Notes under the pieces: model-generated
The model's input: the letters and a program-made list of their open reading frames with translations, nothing else
What the model was told of the DNA's origin: nothing
The model's database searches: none
Origin: Phaeosaccion multiseriatum
Lineage: Eukaryota; Protista; Ochrophyta, other classes
Assembly: GCA_965112735.1 (NCBI GenBank)
Contig: OZ218952.1
Coordinates: 4,402,001 to 4,466,000, forward strand
DNA length: 64,000 nt
Direction of reading: 5' to 3'
Position numbers and translations under genes: made by a program
Shown: positions 20,854-33,625 of the stretch, piece after piece
How positions within the stretch are numbered: position 1 is the stretch's first letter
Layout of the letters: the number at the start of each line of letters is the position of its first letter

Positions 20854-23800
20854 ATGAATCAGCGAAATAGCTCCGCCGCCGTGGCCTCTGGGCATGCGGC
20901 GGCGCTCAACTCTCTGCTACACTTCCACCAGCCTTCCAGCGCCTCCGTGGCAGACAATATGCAGGAGGCCCTGCACATACTTGACATCTTGCCCCTGGAA
21001 CAGGTGAGTGAGTGACTGAGTGAGTGGGCTTGACTTGGGCCTTTGCGGCACGGCAAGGCAGGGCTGGGGAAGCTGGGGGGGTGTGGGGGGGGGGGATTGT
21101 TAGGTGCATGGATGGGAGCAGGCTACTGCTATTCCTACTTCTGCTGCCTCTGCTTTGGTTCCTGCATTTGTGCGTTCACGCTGCCATCCACCTTACTTGT
21201 CATCTGCAAGATACTCCACCCCCTTTTCCTTCTTTCTCTCTCGCCTCATTCACTATTCCTCCTCCTCCTCCTCCTCCTCCTCCTCCTTCTCCTCCTCCTC
21301 CTCCTCCTCCTCCTCCTCCTTCTCCTCCTCCTCTCCTCTTCCTCCTCCTCGTCCTCCTCCTTTCCTCCCCCCCTTCACAGCGCATTGCTTTCATGAAGCT
21401 CTTCCATAAGTTCTGCCAGGAACGCAGTCGCTCCAGCATCGACTGGACGCGCATCGAAAAGCCCCCCCCCGAGAAGGTAAAGTCACATTCACAATCACTC
21501 ACTCACCCACTCACGCACGCACTCTCTCACTCACACTCACCCGCTTCACCAATCAACGCACTCACGCACTCTCTCACTCACCCCCCCCCCCTTCCGCCCC
21601 GGAGAAGGTAGTGGACGCAAAAACCATTCCCACGTGCCCCAGGGACCAGGCGCTGAGGCACGAGCTGCTGGACAAAGCCGTCATCCTCAAGCTCAACGGT
21701 AAGTCAGTGAGAAAGAGCACCTCTCACCCCTCCAGGAGAGAGATCCCTGACTCTCACCCCTCCGACCTAATATCCCCACGCCCCCTTCCTTTCCCCCCTT
21801 ACCTTCCCCCCCCCCCCCTATATATACTCACTTCTATTCCCCAATGGCCTACACTATACCCTATGCCGTACCCCCTATACTCCAATCCCCCTTCAAACAT
21901 ACCCTATACTCACATCTATTCCCCAATGGCCCATTGTGCACTATACCCTATGTCGTACCCCCTTTACTCCACAAATACTCTATACCCTACCCTATATATC
22001 ACATTGCACATGCACCCTTCCGCAGGAGGATTGGGCACCACAATGGGGTGCACGTGGCCCAAGTCCGCCATCGAAGTGAGGCAGGACCTCTCCTTCTTGG
22101 ACCTAACGGGTGAGTCAGTTGAACTCTCTGTATCTCTCTTCCTATTGTACCTCTCTCCCCACCTCTCTCTCTTCGAGTTGGGCTCTCTGTCTGTATCTCC
22201 CCACCTCTCTCTCTCTTATAGTTGGGCTCTCTGTCTGTATCTCTCCCCACCTCTCCCCGCCTCTCTCTCCCTACCTCTCTCTCATTCCCTACCTCTGCCT
22301 CTCCCTCCCTATCTCTCTCTCGCCCTCTCTCTCCTACCCTCCACCCCCCCCCCCCCCCCTCTCCTTCCCTCCACCCCCCCTCTCTCTCCCTCCCTCTGTT
22401 GCCCATCTACTGCCCACCTTCCCCACTCATCTGCTGCCATCTATCCCCCTTAAACACCCCAACCCGCCAACCCAACAACAAACACTGGCTTGTTCAGTGC
22501 GGCAAGTGGAGTATCTGAACAGCATGTACGGAGTGGACGTGCCCCTCGTGCTCATGAACTCCTTCAAGACGCACGAAACCACCGCCAAGATCATTCGCAA
22601 GTACCGCATGCACAACCTCACTATACACACTTTTATGCAGAGCTGCTACCCACGCATCATCAAGGACACCCTGCAAGTACGGATGGGAGTGTGGATCGAT
22701 GTCTGCTGGTGTTGGTTGTGGTGCTGCTGCTGTTGGTGTTGGTGGTGGTGCTGCTGCTGCTGCTGGTGGTAGTGCTGCTACGTTGGTGGTGGTGGTGGTG
22801 GTGGTGCTCCTGCTGCTGCTGCTGCTGCTGCTGCTCGTGGTGGTAGTGCTCCTACTCCTGTAACTGGAAAGCAGAATCCGCCCCTCTCCCCTCGCCACCT
22901 CCCCACCTCCCCCCTCCTGACCCCTCACCCCCTCATACCCTCACCCCAATACCCCCGCCCATATACATGCCTGCTTCCCAAACACAACAACAAACAACCG
23001 TATCGCCAACAGCCCATGCCGTCAGGACCCTTTGGGGAAGGACCGCCATCGGAGTGGTACCCCCCGGGGCATGGTGACGTGTACCGCGCTCTGTACGAGT
23101 CAGGTCTTCTTGAGAACCTCATCAATCAAGGTAAGGAGTACACTTGGTCTGTCACTCAGTCACACAATGGTTCACTCACTCACTCACTCACTCACTCACT
23201 CACACTTACTCACTCCCTGCCTCTTTCCCTCCCCTCCCTCCCCAGGCAAGGAGTACCTGTTCATCAGTAACGTGGACAACTTGGGCGCCACTATAGACCT
23301 TGATCTGCTCTACCACGTCGTCGACTCGGAGGTGCGTGTGTTAGTATGTGTGGGTGGGTGTAGGTGTGGGTGTAGGTGTGTGTGTGAGTATGTGTGGGTG
23401 TGTGTAGGACGAATGGCCTGCCTCACCGCATCACCATCCTCATCCTCCCCACCTTCCTCCTCCTCCTTCTCCTCCTCCTCCTCCTCCTCCTCCTCCTCCG
23501 TCTCATCATCATCATCATCATCATCATTCACAATCAGATTGAGTTCGCGATGGAGGTGACGGATCGTACCCGCGCTGACGTGCAGGGAGGCATGCTTGTG
23601 GGCAGCAAGGGGGATCTCCGCCTCATAGAGGTCAGCCAAGTGGCCGCACACAAAATGTAAGGCAAACAGGGATATGGGCGGGCATATGGGCAGGCAGAAA
23701 GGCATATAGGCAGAGAGACTGACGGGCAGACGGACTAGATTGATGGACTGACTAACTTACTGACTGACTGACCGACTGGCCGACTGACTGACTGACTGAC

Positions 23801-24122
23801 TGACTGACTGACTGACTGACTGACTGGCCGACTGACTGACTGATTGACCCACAGGGACGAGTTTAAGAAGACGCAACACCTGTTCAACACCAACAACATT
23901 TGGGTGAATCTGCGAGCGATTCAGCGCATCGTGGCCAAGGGGGACATGCAGCTTGACGTTACGCTGAGGGAGAGGCTTGTCAATGGGAGCAAGATACTGC
24001 AGCTGGAGACGCTGGCCGGGGCTGCGATAGGCTGCTTCAACAAGGTGGGGGTAGAGGGTAAAAGAGGGCAAAGGGTAGAGAACAGATGGAAGACACGGTG
24101 ATGAGAGGGAGGTGGAGAGAAT

Positions 24123-24164
<42 letters not shown>

Positions 24165-24500
24165 TAATATTCAAATGAGCGTGCGAACCTCTCGCTTCCT
24201 CCCATTTTCAATGCTAAGCTGTAACTGTCACTTGCGAAATGACTTAACTTATTACCTTTCGACTCACTCCTCCTTCCCACCCATCTTACAACCCGTCCAT
24301 CCCTTGTGGCCCACTCCCACTCATCCATCAACTGCCATCCATCCATTCTCCTCCTAGGTGCTGGGCCTTCACGTGCCCCGCTCTCGCTACTTGCCCGTCA
24401 AGAGCACCTCCGATCTCTTCCTTGTGCAGAGCAACCTCTATACAGTCCGCCACGGAAATCTCATCATGAACCCAGAGAGGTGTGTGAGTGTGTGTGTGTG

Positions 24501-24569
<69 letters not shown>

Positions 24570-25459
24570 CTGTGTGTGTGTGTGTGTGTGAGTGTGACTG
24601 TGTGTGTGTGACTGTGACTGTGACTGTGTGTGTGTGACTGTGACTGTGTGTGTGTGTGAGTGTGACTGTGTGTGTGTGTGTGTGAGTGTGACTGTGTGTG
24701 TGTGTGAGTGTGACTGTGTGTGTGTGTGTGTGAGTGTGACTGTGTGTGTGTGAGTGTGACTGTGTGTGTGTGAGTGTGACTGTGTGTGTGTGAGTGTGAC
24801 TGTGTGTGTGTGTGTGTGACTGTGTGTGTGTGTGTGTGACTGTGTGTGTGTGACTGTGAGTGTGACTGTGCGTGTGTGACTGTGAGTGTGACTGTGTGTG
24901 TGTATGTGTGTGTGTGTGTGACTGTGTGTGTGTGTGTGTGTACGTGCGTGTGCGTGCGTGTGTGAGTGTGTGAGTGTGTGCGTGCGTGTGCGTGCGTGTA
25001 TGTGTGTGTGTGCTTTGCTGTTGCGGTTGCGGTGGAGCTGCTTGCCACCCTGCTGCTTCGTGCGCCTGCTGCTGGTTCTGCCGTTTTCGAAGGCCCCTTT
25101 CATCCCTCACACTCACACACACCTCACACCATCACACCTCTCTCTCTCTCTCTCACACACACACACGCACACACGGACACACATGCACCAGACTGGACCG
25201 AGTGATCACTCCCCTGATCAAGCTCGGTAGGGCCTTCGTGTACGTAGAGGAATACTTACGTCGCATCCCCCACGGAGTCCCTAACATCATTGAATTAGAC
25301 CACCTCACTGTCGCCGGAGATGTTACTTTCGGCGCCAATGTAACGCTCGGGGGCACGGTGATCATCGTGGCGAACGAGGGGAGCACCATCATGATCCCGG
25401 ACGGGAGCGTGTTGCAGGACAAGGTGGTGACGGGCAACTTGAGGATTCTCGACCATTAA
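20854..25459 (+). CDS. UGP: UTP--glucose-1-phosphate uridylyltransferase (UGPase, eukaryotic A type), 11 exons
   Basis: Exons 20854-21003, 21381-21476, 21608-21698, 22026-22109, 22498-22676, 23013-23130, 23246-23331, 23538-23656, 23855-24044, 24358-24479 and 25192-25459. Motifs LKLNGGLGTTMGC..PKS.IEVR, LMNSF, WYPPGHGD, SNVDNLGA, FNTNNIW, QLET, R.LPVK.TSDL, LDHLTV.GDV.FG, VTGNLRILDH*. Confidence 0.95.
24480..25010. repeat. Compound (GT)n/GTGACT microsatellite in UGP intron 10
   Basis: About 530 bp of GT-based array starting at the donor site. Confidence 0.9.
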
Positions 25460-25856
25460 AAGCCACCAGCGTTTCTTTAGACCAGGGCAATTCATTTGGT
25501 GGTGGGTGGAGTGGTGTTGAACGTCACTTTCGATCTACTGTCTGTCGTTGTGGGGTCATGGCTCGGCTCGGGGAGAACCGGGGGCAGAGCGGGGCAGCAC
25601 GAGGCGAGGGAGGCGCGGTCCCTTCTTCCTTTTATTTTTAATTAACTATATTCCTCTCTCTCTGCTGGCTTGTGCTACACTTACATCAAAATTCACTCTT
25701 CCCCCCTCAACACCCTGGCTGCGCTACACTCTAAGTCAATTCTCCCCCACCCCCCCTATTTACACACCCGACATACATATGATTTGTCTTGGGGATGTTC
25801 TGCCGAACGCCTCTTGCCCTACCCTCATCGATATCAGCTCCCTCAGCTCCAATACC

Positions 25857-25894
<38 letters not shown>

Positions 25895-26004
25895 CCTCGA
25901 AGGCGCCTGGGCCCCTCCCCTCCCCTCCCCTCCTTTCTCCTCGGCCCCGAGGGCCTTCGTATAGCCTGGCTCCTCCCTTCGGTCATCGAGCTCAGCCCAC
26001 GAGC

Positions 26005-27947
26005 TTACAAATGGTAATTACATGCCTGTGAGTGAGTGAGTGGGTGAGGGAGGGAGGGAGTGAGCGAGTGTGTGAGAGAGACAAATGCCTTCATTGGATA
26101 GGGGGGTCGAAAAGGGAGGGACAACAGATAGGGACAGCAGAAGGGTGAGAGAAAAAGGAAGGAGACACAAGCGACGAGGAGGGAAATGTGCTTTCGTATG
26201 CATATGATGATGGGACAGTGAGGGCTGGGGGGGGAAGGAGGAGGAGGAGGAGGAGGAGGAGGAGGAGGAGGAGGAAGGAGAAGGAGGAGGAGGAGGAGGA
26301 GGAGGAGGAGGAGGAGGAGGAGGAGGAGGAGAGAAGAGGAGGAGGAGGAGGAGGAGGAGGAGGAAGGAGAAGGAAGAGGAGGAGGAGAAGGAGGAGGGGT
26401 GGAGCGAACGACTCTGAAGCAAACCACTCCGAAATGACATTGCGGGCGAGAGGTATGATTGCGCTCGTAACTTGAGCCTAGCTGAGCTGAGCTGAGCTGA
26501 GCTGAGCTGAGCTGAGGAATTGAGACTTCAAAACTGGCACCCCCACCCCCACCCCGACCGCCCACTCACACCCACACTCACACCCACACCCACACTCACA
26601 CCCACACCCACACTCACACCCACACTCACACTCACACTCACACCCACACTCACACTCACACTCACACTCACACTCACACTCACACTCACACCCACAGTCA
26701 CACTCACACCCACACCCACAGTCACACTCACACCCACACCCACACTCACACCCACACCCACACCCACACCCACACTCACACCCGCACTCACACCCACACT
26801 CACACCCACACCCACACTCACACCCACACTCACACTCACACTCACACCCACACCCACACCCACACCCACACTCACACCCACACTCACACCCACACTCACA
26901 CCCACACCCACGCTCACACCCACACCCACACCCACACCCACACCCACACCCACGCTCACACTCACACTCACACCCACACCCACACCCACACTCACACCCC
27001 TTTCTACCTGCATGGCGGGGCCGTGGGAGCGTGTCCAGGCCTGCATTAGCTCGGCGTGGGCATTGGGGTGTGTATAGCGGAAGGACTCATGGTCTTGCGC
27101 GAAGCACACCAGGACAGTGGCCAATGCACTGCTAATCACGCTCATGACCAGGCTGGCTAGGAAGAAACCCTGGGGGTGGGAGTAGGAGGGGGTGGGGAGG
27201 GGGAGAAAGAGAAAAGACGGATGGAGAGGGAGAAACGAGACAAGTAAGTGCCCGGGCGCCCGTGGCTCGTAGAGAGAGATCGACAGAGCAGAGAACTTAG
27301 CTCCCATCCTTTGCGGATGCTCCCAACCCTCTTTTTAACGCTAAGCTCGTTCACCCCCTCCTCTTTGCTGCATTCATCCATGTAGCTTGTCACACGCTGC
27401 TTGCTTACTCACTCACTCACTCACTCACTTATTCACTCACTCAATCACTCACTAACTTACATACTCACTCACTCACTCACTCACTCACTCACTCACTCAC
27501 TCAATCACTCACTCACTATACATACTCACTCACTCACTCACTCACTCACCGTCAAGGCCCCAAAGCAAATGAGAAGCATCGTGTTGAGGCTACTGAAGTC
27601 TGCCAAAACGCCGATACCGTACCCAATCAGCGCCGACACCAGCGAGACCACCACGCAGCCCAAGCCAAGGACGTTATCAACCAGATCGTCGTTCACGATC
27701 ACTGTCCAGCCTCGGCTCTGAGGAGGGGGGAGGGAGGGAGGGAGGGAGGGAGGGAAGTGGAGCATTAGAGAGAGGAAGCACAGCTCCCAAACGTCTCTAA
27801 CTAGGGAGGAATCTCGCTGGCCTTCGCTCCCAGACAGACACACACAGAGACAGACAGACAGACAGACAGACAAACAAACAAACAGACAGACAGACAGACA
27901 GACAGGCAGACAGATAGACAGACAGATAGACCGACAAACAGACAGAC

Positions 27948-28010
<63 letters not shown>

Positions 28011-28015
28011 TACAT

Positions 28016-28081
<66 letters not shown>

Positions 28082-31000
28082 GTACATACACATACACAAA
28101 AAGCTCTTACCTTAAAAAGTTGGGCCGTCTCCTTCCCCGCCGTGATAAAGTCGCTCCCATAAATCGCCACAAAGCAGAGGGCATAGCGCGTGGCAATCTC
28201 CAGCAGCCGCTCCAGCACACCCACCAGACACTCGACTATGGCCAAGGCCAGCGCTCCCATCCTCCTTCTCCTGCGCTTGGCCTGGTTCACCAACACGCGT
28301 AGCACCCGTACGACAGACGTGAGGAGGGCGGCGAGGCACACGGAGCCCAGAGAGGTGGTGCATGCCCGACGGAGAGACCCTGTGACGGGGGAGGAGTCTG
28401 CATACGTGACGAACCACCTGAGAGGGTTGGTGATACAGGGAGGGAGGGAGGGAGGGAGGGAGGGAGAGGGAGAGACAAAGACACACATATACACGCACGC
28501 GCACACGCACACGCACACAGAAGGAGATAATGGCGGATAGAGAGGGAGAGGCCAAGACTTGGGTGAGCAAGGAATGAATGGGGTTTGACTTGGGTAAGCA
28601 AGGAGAGGGGAAAAGGACGAATGGGGTTTGACTTGGGTGAGCAAGGAGAGGGAAAGGACGAATGGGGTTTGACTTGGGTAAGCAAGGAGAGGGAAAGGAC
28701 GAATGGGGTTTGACTTGGGTGAGCAAGGAGAGGGAAAGGACGAATGGGGTTTGACTTGGGTAAGCAAGGAGAGGGAAAGGACGAATGGGGTTTGACTTGG
28801 GTGAGCAAGGAGAGGGGAAAAGGACGAATGGGGTTTGACTTGGGTAAGCAAGGAGAGGGAAAGGACGAATGGGGTTTGACTTGGGTGAGCAAGGAGAGGG
28901 GAAAAGGACGAATGGGGTTTGACTTGGGTAAGCAAGGAGAGGGAAAGGACGAATGGGGTTTGAGGGGAAAGGAGGGTGGCGCATGCACGCAGGCACGCAC
29001 GGAGGCACGCGCGAATACACACGCTCGGGCATGGACAGTTCCTTGCTTCCTCTTGCTTGCTTACCAACTGGCGACGGCTCCGGAGGTGGTGCAATGGACG
29101 AGGTTTGATACGACATTGCAGCCCCAGTAGAGGCTTGTGTGTGTGCGCGTGTATGTGCGTGTGCGTGTGTGTGATGGGAGTGAAGAGTGAAGAGGGGGGT
29201 GAAAAGGTGAGAAGAATGTGGAGGGGAAATCAATTTATGAAAGCGTAAGGGTATGGGATAGGAAGGAAGGAAGGAAGGAAGAAAGGAAAGGAGGGGAAGA
29301 GGCGAAAAGAAAGGGGTGTCAGGAGCGTCAGCGGGCGGGCGTGTACAGCCGCAAGCAATATCCACCACTCATCCATACATCCATCCATCCATCCATCCAT
29401 CCACACATCCATATATCCATCCATCCATCCATCCATCAATCCATCCATCCATCCATCCATCCATCCATCCATCCATTCATCCATCATTCTATCTATGCCT
29501 GTCGAAACTGAAAAGACCCACAGGAAGAACATTAGTAACCTTACGTACCTGACGAGTAGTGCGGTGTAGAGCCACCCGCTGACGGAGTAAGAGGTGCAGG
29601 CGCCGTCCTCGATGACGATGGACCCATCGCACTCGCAGCGGGAGCACACGCCGCTGTAGTCGCACCAGGCCCCAAAGCTCAAATTGGGACCCTGGGATGG
29701 CAGTGGATGGAGGAGGGAGGAGGACGAGGCGTAGACAAGAGGAGGAGGAGGAGGAGGAGGAGAAGGAGGAGGAGGAGGAGGAGGAGTAGGAGTAGGAGGA
29801 GGAGCAGGAGTAGGAAAAGGACAAGAAGGGGGGAGCGGGGTGAGTGGCGAAGAGTCTGTGGGTGACCTTTCCGAGCATCCCTTCCTCCCTTCCCCCCTTC
29901 CTCCTTCCATTCTATCCCTCGTACCTGAGTCTCGTAAGTGGTGCAGGAGCTTGCGTCATAACTCGTCCCTCCTGTGCCCTTGACAGTGTCCTTGCCCAAG
30001 GTGGTTGCTGATCCAATGACGGCCATGCTCCACACCAGACACCACGCGATTTGCACCATCATCAGCAGGGCGGCACTACACATTGTCCCGGGCATATCGC
30101 CCACAGCCATGCAAGCCACCTGTGGTGGGGTAGGCGGTACGAGGGGGGGGGGCGGAGGTGGGGATGGGAGGGAGGAGGTGGGGAGATGGGGAGGTGGGGG
30201 GGGATGAGAAGGGGCCAACGTGCCTGCTTTGAGCGGGACACACTCCGTTCAACTCTGTTTAGAGAGGGGGCAAAATCCCAGCAGAAAGGACGCACAAAAA
30301 AAGACAAGCGGCTCGACAAGGAGGGGGGGACAGCTCGGCTCCTCTTTCAGTCTCCTCTCTCTCTCTTTGACCGGTCCATCATAATGTTCATGAACCGATG
30401 GAAACTACCTTACCTTCAAATTCTTTCCAGCAAACTCTATTCGGTTCCGCACTACGCAATAGTAAACGTATCCGAGAAGCGCGCCAACCAAGGCGAGGAC
30501 TCCGGCCACAATGGAACCCGAAATAAGGAAGGGCAGGCTCAGCAGCGCCAGGCCGGCCACGGAGCTCAAGAGCATCACTCTGAGGAGGAGGAGAGGAGGA
30601 GGAGGAGGAGGAGGAGGAGGAGGAGGAGAGGAGGAGGAGGAGGAGGAGGAGGAGGAGGAGGAGGAGGAAGAGGGGAGGAGGAGGAGCAGGGGAGGAGGAG
30701 GAGCAGGGGAGGAGGAGGAGGAGGAGGAGGAGGAGGAGGAGGAGGAGGAGGAGGAGGAGGAGGAGGAGGAGGAGGAGGAGGAGGAGGGGGAGGGGGAGGA
30801 GGTGGAGGGGGAGAAGAGGAGGAGAAGGGGAGGAGCAAATAGGGGTTTGGGAGCGTGAGAACGAGAGAGACCTACGGGTGGGGTGGGGCACGGCAATCAA
30901 AGCGGCTGGACTGAGGAGACAGAGCTGTGGACAGAGCAAGGCAAAACACCCTCCCACCTTATAAGCTCCTCCCCGAAATGCATGAGCACTTTGACCCAAG

Positions 31001-31832
31001 CGAGGCTGATGGCGCCGGCCGACACCAACAGGGCCAGGATGCCCAGCAGCAGAGGCACAGGGTCTCCTCCGTCGTCGCCAGAGGTACCACCACCCCGACT
31101 ACTACTGCTACTTCCTCCTCCGCCCCCAATGTCAACGACCTTGACCCCCCCCCGCAGGAGAGCGGGCAGCCCCTGTCCGAAGGCCAGGTAGAGCATGAGG
31201 CCCAGATGAGCTAAGAAGAGCACAGCGAAGGTAGAGTCTCGCCACCCCGCCGAGCTGCCCCCCTGGGATGTGCACGCACGCACACGCAGGCACACACCAC
31301 ACCGCAGTGGAGGGGGGGGAAGACAAGGAAGTGGGTACGGGAGTAGGTTAAAATAGAAGAAAGGAACGACTGCTTTGTGTAGCCCGAAGATTTCGACTCT
31401 CTCTCTTTCTCTCTCTCTCTCTCTCCCTCCCTCCCTCTCTCTCTTTGACAGACTCCACAACCACATGCACTTGCGGTGCTCACGTTCGTGGAAGGGTCAA
31501 ACGAGGAGGCAGACGTCCCGTACGCTGCTTGATGCTGCTGCCCACTCTCGGCATCAGAAGGGTGGTAGGTACCGTGACGTCCAGCAGAATATCCTCCACC
31601 TCCACCCCCACCAAGACCTCCAGCATCTCCTGGAGGGATGGGCAGGTCCTCTCCTGGGGGAATGGGGACGAGCAGCTCCCTGCCGCGGTGCGTAGGGGGG
31701 GGGGGAAGGAACCGAGGCTCTCAAACCTATGCAAAGAAGAAGGACGCTCTTTGCATGCGCACTATAGCTGGTTTGTATTTGTGCTTACCTGAGGGAGCTG
31801 TCGTCTCCGCTTTTGTCTGTGTTGAGGCTCAT
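26005..31832 (-). CDS. Choline transporter-like protein (CTL/SLC44, PNS1-like), multi-exon
   Basis: Phase-compatible exons from MSLNTDKS (ATG 31832) to ACNYHL* (26005). Motifs [114 protein letters not shown]. Confidence 0.9.
26563..26999. repeat. (CACACC/CACACT)n hexamer microsatellite in the last CTL intron
   Basis: Tandem hexamer array next to the minus-strand donor near 27007. Confidence 0.9.
28553..28963. repeat. 41/43-bp minisatellite, about 10 units, in a CTL intron
   Basis: Unit GAATGGGGTTTGACTTGGGT(G/A)AGCAAGGAGAGG(G)GAAA(A)GGAC, with G and A variants alternating. Confidence 0.95.
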
Positions 31833-32247
31833 CCTCGACCCGTAAGCCCGCTTTGACCCCAGAGCGTTTCTCCGGTACTCAAAGCTTTTATCAGAGAGAG
31901 AGAGAGAGAGTGGTAGAGAGAGAAAGAGGGAGAGAGGGACAAGAGAGAATTCAGAGGGAAGCTCTTTTTCTCTTTTTCCTTAGGAGAGAAGTGCGCGGAA
32001 CGTTCGTTTGAGTTTAAGCTCATCAGACCTACCCTCTTCTCCTCCTCCTCCTCCTCCTCCTCCTCCTCTTCCCAAATTTCACTTCTAGTCCTTTGCTTCT
32101 CTTCGTCGGAGCACAACACTGACATTCTATACACCTCTTTCGACAAGAAAAGTTTTTTCCCCCTTCCACCCCACACACAAATCCAAAAATTTGTTTCTTC
32201 CCCCCCCCCTCCCTCCCTCTTCACCAAGCACCAGGTAGCGCTGAAGA

Positions 32248-33200
32248 ATGCAGGCTGGAAGAGGTTTAAACGAGGGAAATGATGCTCAGACCTTCGAAGC
32301 TTGTGAACAGGCCCTGGCCCAGGATGCGTTGCTCATCAGTGTGATGGAGTGGATGGGGGGGGGACAGGACTTGTTTGTAGCAGCGGTGAGCAAGGAGTGG
32401 AAGGGCCACTACAGAAGTCTCCATCCGGCCAAGACAACGCGGGTCAGGAGTGTGGTTGAGTCTGTGGAGCGTTTGAGGTGGGCCAGGAAGTACGGGTATG
32501 AGCTGAGTGTGGAGACTTCAGAGGCTGCGGTACAGTACGGAGATGTGAGTATTTGCAAGGCTCTTCACAGCATGGGGTGTGCCTGGGATCGGCGCGTATA
32601 CAAGGTTGCGATGGGGAATGAAAGGCACGCACTGAGCATACTCCAATGGCTGCGAGTGGAGGGCCTGCTCAACAAGGAGCATTGCCCTTCATACGTTGTT
32701 CATGGCGAAGCTGGCAAGTGCGGCAATGTGGAGATTCTTACGTGGCTACTTCCGACGAGTTTGAGGGCCCTCCTCAATCCATTATGTGGGAGATGGCTGT
32801 AAGTAGGGGGCACATTCGAGCGTTGGACATGCTTTTGCATCATCCGAAGGTCAGAGCTGAGATGGAGGCGGCAGATGACATGAGTGGGTGGGGGGATGGG
32901 GCTTCTTGGGCTGCCATGGAAGGCAATCTGGAGGTGCTGCAGTGGCTTCATGCAAACGCACGGGAACTGTGCAGGTGGGATGCACAGGTCTGTCGTCAAG
33001 CAGTTTGTTTCGCCAAGAGCCTCGCTGTACTGAAATGGCTCCGATCGGAGGAGGTCATGTGTCCGTGGAACATGTATGCATGCCCACGAGTCGCCAAAAA
33101 CAAATGTGGCGGTCTTAGATGGCATATGCCCCCTGCCGCCTTTGAGGAGATGAAGCAGTGGGTGCACGCCAATGGTCAACCCTGCGACTGCGAGGACTGA
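32248..33200 (+). pseudogene. Intronless ankyrin-repeat protein of the algal/giant-virus type, frameshift near 32745-32780
   Basis: Frame 1: LFVAAVSKEW, SVERLRWAR, GCAWDRRV, LSILQWLR, GNVEILTWL. Frame 2: RGHIRALDML, AAMEGNLEVLQWLHAN, CRWDAQVC, LAVLKWLRSE..CPWN. No plausible intron joins the frames. Confidence 0.8.
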
Positions 33201-33625
33201 GTGACCAGGGTAGCAGGGCAAAGGAAAGGAAAAAAACTATCAATCAACCATATTAACCAGTCAGCGCGGCCCCCATTGTCTGTTGTCTGTCTCTATATGC
33301 TTTGTATGGAGAGCCTCCGGAGCGCCTCACTGGAAGCATCCCGAACACGACATCTCTTCCCCTCTCGTCTTCTCCTTCGTTTTGCCTCCCTCCTCCCCTC
33401 CCCACGCTTCGAGCTAGTTGTACAAAAGGTGCTTCGAGCTCTCGTAGTTCTACACAATGCGCTTTCGGGTGAAGGCTCTTCTGCTGGACGCAGGTTCAGA
33501 GAAAGGCACCAAACAGCGGAAGACTCCCCCCTTGTCCTCCTCCTCCTCCTCCTCCTCCTCCGCCTCCGCCTCCCCCTCCTGCTCATCCTGCTGCCTCATC
33601 CCCCCTCCCCCCTCCCTCCCCGACC

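Noticed and set aside
28553-28963. Possible CRISPR array
   Set aside because: Units are contiguous with no unique spacers, there are no cas genes, and it lies in a eukaryotic intron. The same applies to the repeats at 1296-1398, 1846-1976 and 40457-40528.
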